A stretch of DNA of 20,791 nucleotides, taken from positions 1 through 20,791 of the IMG/VR virus record IMGVR_UViG_2563366825_000026, one strand, 5' to 3'. The DNA comes from a virus. Taxonomy: Duplodnaviria; Heunggongvirae; Uroviricota; Caudoviricetes. This document shows, one piece after another, positions 14,653 through 20,791 of this stretch; the stretch's first letter is position 1; every line of letters starts with the position of its first letter. The notes below the pieces were generated by a model. That model searched no databases, was not told where the DNA came from, and saw nothing but the letters and a program-made list of their open reading frames with translations. A program made the position numbers and the translations under genes.

Positions 14653-14739
14653 CAAAACAGAGAAGAGCATCACCGGACGACGGGCTCATAACCCAATCCA
14701 TCCGGGCGGCTGCCACCGCAGGTGTTCTTCTCTGTTTTG
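14653..14739. repeat. 14-bp perfect inverted repeat flanking a 59-bp GC-rich core
   Basis: CAAAACAGAGAAGA (14653-14666) and its exact reverse complement TCTTCTCTGTTTTG (14726-14739); inner hairpin CCGGA...TCCGG. Lies between the terminator and the first early-left gene. Confidence 0.55.
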
Positions 14740-14788
14740 TGGAGAAACCAACCGACCTTGCAGGGTCGATATGATGAGGAGCAGCAAA

Positions 14789-15151
14789 ATGGCTAGCGTA
14801 CGCAGTACTGATGTGCAGGTATTTATCGTAGAACTGGACGGCGGCGTATTTGAAACCAAACTCGGCGCAGTTCTCAGTGAAGTCGCTTCCGGTGTGATGA
14901 ACACGAAAAACAAAGGTAAAGTCTCGGTCAATCTGGACATCGAACCGTTTGATGAGAACCGTGTGAAAATCAAACACAAACTCTCATATGTTCGCCCGAC
15001 TAACCGCGGGAAAATTTCCGAAGAAGACACCACCGAAACGCCGATGTATGTCAATCGAGGTGGTCGCCTGACTATTCTGCAGGAAGACCAGGGACAATTA
15101 CTAACTCTTGCCGGTGAACCTGACGGAAAACTCCGCGCAGCAGGTCATTAA
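14789..15151 (+). CDS. hypothetical early-left protein (120 aa); yfdP-like by position and length
   Basis: ATG at 14789 with GAGGAG 7 nt upstream; MASVRSTDVQVFIVELDGGVFETKLGAVLSEV... First gene after the PL leader. The track's longer version (from 14603) runs through the hairpin region. Confidence 0.6.
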   Translation: MASVRSTDVQVFIVELDGGVFETKLGAVLSEVASGVMNTKNKGKVSVNLDIEPFDENRVKIKHKLSYVRPTNRGKISEEDTTETPMYVNRGGRLTILQEDQGQLLTLAGEPDGKLRAAGH

Positions 15152-15216
15152 TATCGTTCTTAATTAACTGATTATTTATCTCATCACTGAATATCTTAAT
15201 ATAGTGAGGACTTATT

Positions 15217-16041
15217 ATGTCTCAGAACTTAGACGCAACCGCAATTAATCAAATCCATGCCCTTATTTCTGCTCAGGGTGTTAATGAAATTATCAGTAAG
15301 ATTGGTGCCGATGCTGTGGCATTGCCTGAGAATTTCCGCATTCATGATCTGGAAAAATTTAATTTAAATCGCTTCCGTTTCCGTGGTGCGCTTTCCACTG
15401 CCAGCATCGATGACTTTACCCGTTATTCTAAAGATCTTGCAGATGAAGGCACCCGCTGCTTTATCGATGCCGATAATATGCGTGCCGTCAGTGTGCTTAA
15501 CCTGGGTACTATTGGTGAACCAGGTCACGCAGATAACACCGCCACACTCAAACTGAAAAAGACAGCACCGTTCTCTGCTCTGTTGTCTGTTAACGGCGAG
15601 CGTAACTCCCAGAAGTCACTGGCAGAATGGATTGAAGACTGGGCCGACTATCTTGTGGGCTTTGATGCTAATGGTGACGCTATTAAGGCAACAAAAGCGG
15701 CTGCGGCAGTCCGTAAAATCACGATTGAAGCAAACCAGACCGCTGATTTTGAAGATAATGACTTCAGCGGCAAACGCTCTTTGATGGAGTCTGTCGAAGC
15801 GAAGACCAAAGACATTATGCCAGTGGTATTTGAATTTAAATGCGTTCCGTTTGAAGGCCTGAAAGAACGTCCGTTTAAATTACGCCTCAGCATTATCACT
15901 GGCGATCGTCCTGTACTGGTTCTGCGCATTATTCAGCTGGAAGCAGTGCAGGAAGAAATGGCTAACGAATTTCGTGATCTGCTTGTTGAGAAATTTAAAG
16001 ACAGCAAAGTAGAAACCTTTATTGGTACTTTCACCGCCTGA
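15217..16041 (+). CDS. yfdQ: YfdQ-like protein (DUF2303 family), 274 aa
   Basis: Length (274 aa) and position immediately upstream of an HD-domain YfdR-like gene match the CPS-53/KpLE1 yfdQ-yfdR-yfdS block as I remember it. GTGAGGA SD. Family assignment from memory and synteny. Confidence 0.6.
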   Translation: MSQNLDATAINQIHALISAQGVNEIISKIGADAVALPENFRIHDLEKFNLNRFRFRGALSTASIDDFTRYSKDLADEGTRCFIDADNMRAVSVLNLGTIGEPGHADNTATLKLKKTAPFSALLSVNGERNSQKSLAEWIEDWADYLVGFDANGDAIKATKAAAAVRKITIEANQTADFEDNDFSGKRSLMESVEAKTKDIMPVVFEFKCVPFEGLKERPFKLRLSIITGDRPVLVLRIIQLEAVQEEMANEFRDLLVEKFKDSKVETFIGTFTA

Positions 16042-16053
16042 TTTCATTACTGC

Positions 16054-16075
16054 AAATGCCCCTGCGGGGGCATTT
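16054..16075. terminator. weak hairpin after the yfdQ-like gene
   Basis: 9-bp stem AAATGCCCC / GGGGCATTT with TGCG loop; only a short U-tract, so termination efficiency is doubtful. Confidence 0.3.
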
Positions 16076-16169
16076 ATGGAAACATAATTGACTCAATAAT
16101 CGCCTGATGGCGAGGGTTTTCTTTAACCAAAATTCAGCGCGGTGCAGCGCATATAAAGTGGAGAACAAA

Positions 16170-16706
16170 ATGTCATTTATTAAAACTTTTTCCGGGAAGC
16201 ATTTTTATTATGACAGGATAAATAAAGACGACATCGTGATTAACGATATCGCGGTTTCCCTTTCAAATATCTGTCGCTTTGCAGGACATCTTTCACACTT
16301 CTACAGCGTCGCCCAACATGCGGTGCTTTGCAGCCAGCTGGTACCGCAGGAATTTGCTTTTGAAGCGTTAATGCATGATGCAACAGAAGCGTATTGCCAG
16401 GACATCCCAGCTCCACTGAAACGCCTTCTTCCTGACTATAAACGGATGGAAGAAAAAATAGACGCCGTAATCCGTGAGAAATACGGGTTACCTCCTGTTA
16501 TGAGCACGCCTGTGAAATATGCCGATCTCATTATGCTGGCAACCGAACGTCGCGATCTCGGGCTTGATGATGGCTCTTTCTGGCCTGTACTGGAAGGTAT
16601 CCCGGCGACAGAGATGTTCAAAGTTATTCCACTGTCACCAGGCCATGCCTACGGGATGTTTATGGAACGTTTTAACGAGTTATCGGAGTTACGCAAATGC
16701 GCATGA
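16170..16706 (+). CDS. yfdR: HD-domain phosphohydrolase, YfdR-like 5'-deoxynucleotidase
   Basis: ATG at 16170 with GTGGAGAA SD gives 178 aa, the same length as E. coli YfdR. The LMHDATEAY block is an HD-domain His-Asp signature; further His/Asp residues downstream. Confidence 0.7.
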   Translation: MSFIKTFSGKHFYYDRINKDDIVINDIAVSLSNICRFAGHLSHFYSVAQHAVLCSQLVPQEFAFEALMHDATEAYCQDIPAPLKRLLPDYKRMEEKIDAVIREKYGLPPVMSTPVKYADLIMLATERRDLGLDDGSFWPVLEGIPATEMFKVIPLSPGHAYGMFMERFNELSELRKCA

Positions 16707-17059
16707 ATGTTTTCGAAATGGAAGGGTTTCTTCGCGGGAAATGTGTACCACGAGATCTGAAAGTGAATGAAACAAATGCTGAGTACCTGGTACGTAAATT
16801 CGATGCGCTTGAAGCTAAATGTGCGGCACTGGAAAACAAAATAATACCAGTGTCAGCTGAACTGCCGCCAGCAAATGAAAGTGTTCTGTTATTTGATGCT
16901 AACGGAGAAGGCTGGCTAATTGGCTGGCGTTCTCTCTGGTACACCTGGGGACAAAAAGAAACCGGAGAATGGCAGTGGACATTTCAGGTCGGGGACCTTG
17001 AAAACGTCAATATCACTCACTGGGCAGTAATGCCGAAAGCACCGAAGAATAAAAAATGA
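16697..17059 (+). CDS. yfdS: YfdS-like protein (DUF551 family), 120 aa
   Basis: Overlaps the YfdR-like stop; 120 aa matches YfdS length. WLIGWRSLWYTWGQ is a Trp-rich block I associate with DUF551. From memory and synteny. Confidence 0.55.
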   Translation: MRMNVFEMEGFLRGKCVPRDLKVNETNAEYLVRKFDALEAKCAALENKIIPVSAELPPANESVLLFDANGEGWLIGWRSLWYTWGQKETGEWQWTFQVGDLENVNITHWAVMPKAPKNKK

Positions 17060-17259
17060 GCGTGATAAAAACTCATACAGGAATTGTTATCACCCGAGAC
17101 GGTCCGCAGGTAAAAAAACTGCACCAGACAAAGCGGATGTGGGTCGTCGGAAAAAACGAGTTTTACCACAAAGAAACCGGACGCCGCCACTTTGCAGAAA
17201 ATACTCGCCGCCGACTGCTGATCGATACCATCAAGCCTATCGAGGTGAAGCATGTTTAA
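17056..17259 (+). CDS. hypothetical protein (67 aa)
   Basis: ATG overlaps the upstream stop (ATGA); basic small protein. No family recognised. Confidence 0.45.
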   Translation: MSVIKTHTGIVITRDGPQVKKLHQTKRMWVVGKNEFYHKETGRRHFAENTRRRLLIDTIKPIEVKHV

Positions 17260-17491
17260 ACAGAACGAAAAATCTATCGCTCAAATTGCTGAGTATATCC
17301 CGCGTGCGTGCCGGGATATGCAGTTGCAGGAAGCCAAAGCACGCCTGGAGAAAAAAATTGCGCTCTATATCGATGACGGCTGTGATGCCGCCGTTCTTAA
17401 CGCGGCGTTCGCGCCAGCTCTTAACAGTCATACGCGAAAGTCTTTTTTTTCGTGCATCGCAGCGCAGATCCGTAAAGGAGGCAACCAGTGA
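17252..17491 (+). CDS. hypothetical protein (79 aa)
   Basis: ATG at 17252 with GAGGTG SD; 8-nt overlap with the upstream gene. Confidence 0.45.
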   Translation: MFKQNEKSIAQIAEYIPRACRDMQLQEAKARLEKKIALYIDDGCDAAVLNAAFAPALNSHTRKSFFSCIAAQIRKGGNQ

Positions 17492-18270
17492 GCAACATTA
17501 ACTATCAGGTACTGCGTGAAAAGGCAGAGAAAGCAACTAAAGGAAGCTACATCGTAGGGCATACATCTGTTAACCAGCATGGCAATTTAACAGGAGTTTT
17601 TGTTTGTCAAAAATGGAAAGGAGAACCCGGTGGCGTGATTGCCGAATGTCATGTTAACTGCCTGATTGAATCAGATGCTCAGGCTTATGCAAACGCTGAA
17701 TTTATAGCAGATGCTAACCCAGCTACCGTACTGGCGCTACTGGATGAACGGGAAAGAAACCAGCAATACATCAAACGCCGCGACCAGGAGAACGAGGATA
17801 TTGCGCTTACGGTTGGGAAGCTGAGAGTTGAGCTTGAGGAGACAAAATCAAAACTCAACGAGCAGCGTGAGTATTACGAAGGTGTTATCTCGGATGGGAG
17901 TAAGCGTATTGCTGAACTGGAGAAAATCGCCACTGACTATGCACTGAAATTTCAGAAAGCCCAGGACGCATTAAAGTACGCTGTTTTGCTGCGCAAATCA
18001 GGGCAGGAAGCACGGGAAATAAAACCAGCCAAAGGCGAAGTTCTTGTCGTTGTATCTGGTTTTACTGGTTGCGGAAAAAGCGCCATCGCCGGGGAAATAG
18101 AAATCGCGATGAAGTCTATTGGTGTACCGGTTAAGTGGACTAATGGCGATGCGGAAAAGCGCATGACAGGAGCTGACTGGCTGACAGCGATTGAGATGTA
18201 CAAACCAACAGTGCGCATCGTGGAAGTTAATGTGCCACGCGCTGCTGGCATTCGCATCAAAGGAGAGTGA
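17488..18270 (+). CDS. Ead/Ea22-like early-left protein (260 aa) with central coiled coil
   Basis: GTG start with strong AAGGAGG SD 6 nt upstream, overlapping the upstream stop (GTGA). Central charged coiled-coil region. C-terminal GFTGCGKS is a Walker-A-like string. Ea22-like call is from memory of typical early-left genes. Confidence 0.5.
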   Translation: MSNINYQVLREKAEKATKGSYIVGHTSVNQHGNLTGVFVCQKWKGEPGGVIAECHVNCLIESDAQAYANAEFIADANPATVLALLDERERNQQYIKRRDQENEDIALTVGKLRVELEETKSKLNEQREYYEGVISDGSKRIAELEKIATDYALKFQKAQDALKYAVLLRKSGQEAREIKPAKGEVLVVVSGFTGCGKSAIAGEIEIAMKSIGVPVKWTNGDAEKRMTGADWLTAIEMYKPTVRIVEVNVPRAAGIRIKGE

Positions 18271-18271
18271 G

Positions 18272-18700
18272 ATGACCACTATTACCAATAAGAAACAGTA
18301 TCCCAGCGAGCAATATCTTAATGAGCTGATCACCAACATAGAGTTTGCTGCAAGGGCACCAGTTGAAGTCGTGAGAGCAATGGCAGCAGAGCTACAGAAG
18401 CGGCGCGAAGCTGATAGTGCAGAACCTGTAAGCCAAACTTACAGGTTGCCACAAACGCAGTTTGAACAGGTTGCTGACCTCTACGAAATGCAATTTGATG
18501 ACGGACGCACTTGCGCCTTTCACACTGATGCACAAAAGGCTGCGCAATGGCTTCAGGCATGCGACGGAAACAGGGTTCAGGAATACGTGAAACTGGAGCG
18601 ACTGCAGAACGCGCTATCGGACAACTATCCGGTAACTCCGGATGGTTGGATAAGCTGTAGTGATCGAATGCCGGACGACAGGCAGGAGGTGAATCAATGA
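18272..18700 (+). CDS. hypothetical phage protein (142 aa)
   Basis: ATG at 18272 with AAGGAGAG SD. The C-terminal DGWISCSDRMPDD resembles the start of DUF551-type domains. No confident family. Confidence 0.5.
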   Translation: MTTITNKKQYPSEQYLNELITNIEFAARAPVEVVRAMAAELQKRREADSAEPVSQTYRLPQTQFEQVADLYEMQFDDGRTCAFHTDAQKAAQWLQACDGNRVQEYVKLERLQNALSDNYPVTPDGWISCSDRMPDDRQEVNQ

Positions 18701-18780
18701 GCTGGCCTGATGCAATCGTAACTCTGGGGGTGGTATTCGCAGCAGCGTTTGTTGTGTTCTCGATTTGTCGATGGGGATAA
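18697..18780 (+). CDS. 27-aa hydrophobic peptide (single predicted TM helix)
   Basis: ATG at 18697 overlaps the upstream stop (ATGA), with GGAGGTG 5 nt upstream. MSWPDAIVTLGVVFAAAFVVFSICRWG. Below the 60-aa cutoff of the ORF track. Confidence 0.4.
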   Translation: MSWPDAIVTLGVVFAAAFVVFSICRWG

Positions 18781-18784
18781 CCAC

Positions 18785-19027
18785 ATGTTCGCTTTGATTC
18801 AACGCGGTCAGATATACACGGACAGAGCTGGATACCCCGTGGTGATTACTCGCATCACTGAGCACTCAGTGTTCTTTCGACGGATGGATGGGCGAACACA
18901 GTCAGTAAAAATAAACGATTTCAATGAACTGTTTGAACGGATTGATCACCAGGAATACCGACAAATTCTGGCAGAAACAGAGCAGGAAGCTCATCTGAAA
19001 AAATTACGGGCCATGAAAAGGAAGTAA
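18785..19027 (+). CDS. hypothetical protein (80 aa), DUF4222-like
   Basis: ATG at 18785; MFALIQRGQIYTDRAGYPVVITRITEHSVFFRRMDGRTQSVKINDFNELFE. Family assignment from memory, unverified. Confidence 0.45.
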   Translation: MFALIQRGQIYTDRAGYPVVITRITEHSVFFRRMDGRTQSVKINDFNELFERIDHQEYRQILAETEQEAHLKKLRAMKRK

Positions 19028-19030
19028 ACA

Positions 19031-19177
19031 ATGAATAAAGCATTTGAACAATGGGTCCACCAGCGTTACGGCAATCGCTATGACCTGACACGAGATGTTG
19101 ACGGTTTCTACTGTCGTGAAATTGTGAAACGAATGTTTGAAGTGTGGTGCCACTGCCGTGGGCTGAGTGTTGTGTGA
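19031..19177 (+). CDS. hypothetical small protein (48 aa)
   Basis: ATG at 19031 with AAGGAAG SD; MNKAFEQWVHQRYGNRYDLTRDVDGFYCREIVKRMFEVWCHCRGLSVV. Not in the ORF track because it is under 60 aa. Confidence 0.4.
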   Translation: MNKAFEQWVHQRYGNRYDLTRDVDGFYCREIVKRMFEVWCHCRGLSVV

Positions 19178-19185
19178 GGTAATGC

Positions 19186-19422
19186 ATGGGCAATGTGATT
19201 CAACTGGCTCCCAATGAATGGGTTTGTGAAAGCGTTCTAATCGCAATTACCGGGCTCAAACCAGGCACAATTCTTCGGGCCCGGAAAGAATGCTGGATGG
19301 TTGGAAGAGAGTATATTCACTTATCACCAGACGGTAATCCAAAGCCTTCCAGTGAATGTATGTATAACAGAAAAGCAATAGATGCCTGGGTCGCTTCAAT
19401 GAAAAACAAACAACCTGGGTGA
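19186..19422 (+). CDS. xis: excisionase-like protein (Xis, DUF1233-type)
   Basis: 78 aa, immediately upstream of the integrase; GAGGT SD. The ITGLKPGTILRARKECWMVGREYIHLSPDG block is typical of lambdoid excisionase-like proteins. Confidence 0.7.
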   Translation: MGNVIQLAPNEWVCESVLIAITGLKPGTILRARKECWMVGREYIHLSPDGNPKPSSECMYNRKAIDAWVASMKNKQPG

Positions 19423-19477
19423 TTTAATGCCATGAAGTATGTAAGCTCGTATCGCTCTTGGGCGTCTGGAGGTATCA

Positions 19478-20791
19478 ATGGATAAAGTCAAATATCCAAC
19501 AGGCGTCGAAAACCACGGCGGCACATTACGCATCTGGTTTAATTTTAAAGGTAAACGTGTCAGGGAAAATCTTGGTGTCCCTGACACTGCCAAGAACAGG
19601 AAGATCGCCGGGGAACTGCGGACATCGGTATGTTTTGCCATCCGCACAGGAAGCTTTGATTATGCTGCACAGTTCCCTGACTCCCCCAACCTTCAGGCTT
19701 TTGGGGTAAGTAAAAAAGAAATTACGGTGAAGGAACTTGAAGAAAAGTGGCTGGATCTGAAACGAATGGAAATCTCTGCAAATGCATTCAATCGCTATGA
19801 ATCCGTTGCAAGAACGATGGTTTCGAAAATTGGAGGCAGTAGACTGGTGTCATCGGTAACCAAAGAGGAATTGCTGTATATCAGGAAAGATTTGCTAACC
19901 GGGTATCAGAATTCAACGAAAAACAAAGCAGCAGCAAAAGGACGGAGCGTCGTTACTGTAAATTATTACATGACGACAATCGCTGGAATGTTTCAGTTTG
20001 CTGCAGATCACGGTTACTTAGAAGCAAATCCCTTCCAGGGAATTAAGCCTCTTAAAAGAGCCAGGGCAGAGCCAGATCCGCTAACTCGTGACGAATTTAT
20101 TCGCCTGATAGATGCTTGCCGACATCAGCAGACGAAAAACCTGTGGTCATTGGCTGTGTACACAGGAATGCGTCACGGTGAACTGGTCTCCCTGGCCTGG
20201 GAAGATATCGATCTGAAGGCAGGAACAATTACCATCAGGCGCAATTATACGAAACTTGGTGAGTTCACTCTACCGAAAACTGAAGCAAGCACAAACAGGG
20301 TTGTGCACCTTATCCAGCCCGCTATCAGTGTCCTGAAAAATCAGGCTGAAATGACAAGACTGGGTAAGCAGTACAACATCAAGGTGCAACTACGTGAATA
20401 TGGACGTTCAGTGAACCATGAATGTACTTTCGTGTTTAACCCTCAAGTGGTTAGAAAAAGCGAACAGGTAGGTTTTGTCTACAAAGTCGATTCTGTAGGT
20501 GACTCATGGGAAACAGCCATTAAGCGTGCAGGGATCAGGCATCGAAAGGCATACCAGTCACGACACACTTATGCGTGCTGGTCATTATCTGCCGGAGCAA
20601 ACCCAAGCTTCATTGCCAGCCAGATGGGCCATGCAAGTGCCCAGATGGTATTCAATGTATACGGAGCATGGATGACTGACAGCAATGCAGAACAGATCGC
20701 AATGCTGAATCAGAAGCTGACAGATTATGTCCCAATGATGCCCCATAGTCACCAAAGTGACACCAGAGGCTTATTAAAATCAGTAAGTTAA
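19478..20791 (+). CDS. int: tyrosine site-specific integrase (lambda Int family)
   Basis: 437 aa with TGGAGGT SD. Catalytic-domain signatures (R...HxxR...Y: RHGELVSLAWEDID, SRHTYACWSL, MVFNVYGAWM). The stop codon is the last three bases of the window. Confidence 0.9.
   Translation: MDKVKYPTGVENHGGTLRIWFNFKGKRVRENLGVPDTAKNRKIAGELRTSVCFAIRTGSFDYAAQFPDSPNLQAFGVSKKEITVKELEEKWLDLKRMEISANAFNRYESVARTMVSKIGGSRLVSSVTKEELLYIRKDLLTGYQNSTKNKAAAKGRSVVTVNYYMTTIAGMFQFAADHGYLEANPFQGIKPLKRARAEPDPLTRDEFIRLIDACRHQQTKNLWSLAVYTGMRHGELVSLAWEDIDLKAGTITIRRNYTKLGEFTLPKTEASTNRVVHLIQPAISVLKNQAEMTRLGKQYNIKVQLREYGRSVNHECTFVFNPQVVRKSEQVGFVYKVDSVGDSWETAIKRAGIRHRKAYQSRHTYACWSLSAGANPSFIASQMGHASAQMVFNVYGAWMTDSNAEQIAMLNQKLTDYVPMMPHSHQSDTRGLLKSVS

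Noticed and set aside
14641-14655. CGCTCTTTTTACAAAAC considered as a boxA/nutL antitermination site
   Set aside because: It is the U-tract and 3' flank of the 10-bp hairpin terminator at 14606-14644; no N-like Arg-rich ORF and no boxB hairpin are present in the expected positions.
14573-15054. Minus-strand ORFs 14573..14977 and 14686..15054, and the N-terminal extension of the 14603..15151 plus ORF
   Set aside because: They overlap the hairpin and inverted-repeat region and the yfdP-like gene in antisense; the real plus-strand start is the ATG at 14789 with a GAGGAG SD.
1-20791. CRISPR arrays, rRNA genes and insertion sequences
   Set aside because: No regularly spaced short direct repeats, no rRNA-like segments and no transposase-like ORFs were seen. 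The only mobile-element signature is the phage integrase/excisionase pair.

Overview
This window looks like most of one lambdoid prophage from an E. coli-like enterobacterium, read from the lysis cassette (left edge) to xis-int (right edge). All calls come from reading the sequence and ORF track by eye and from remembered protein families; no database search was run. Minus strand, right to left: cro-like gene, cII-position gene, Rha-domain protein, O-like initiator with internal iterons, Dam methyltransferase, LexA-DBD-only protein, RusA, KilA-N protein, DUF968 protein, Q-like antiterminator, a tR'-like terminator, NanS-p-like esterase, dual-start pinholin, SAR endolysin and Rz (truncated at position 1). 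Plus strand: cI-like repressor with S24 peptidase domain, a PL-like promoter, a long ORF-free leader ending in a DicF-like hairpin, a CPS-53-like yfdP/Q/R/S block, then xis and int (int stop is the last codon of the window). The layout is Stx-phage-like but no stx genes are present. Best candidates for something undescribed: (1) a 211-aa gene translationally coupled to the holin and inserted between holin and endolysin, with a convergent acidic 86-aa ORF; (2) a canonical LexA box in the promoter of the KilA-N gene, alongside a phage LexA-DBD-only protein; (3) the ORF-free PL leader with a DicF-like RNA and an adjacent 14-bp perfect inverted repeat; (4) two small membrane proteins between endolysin and Rz; (5) a 383-aa protein with an unknown 200-aa domain ahead of the Rha domain.
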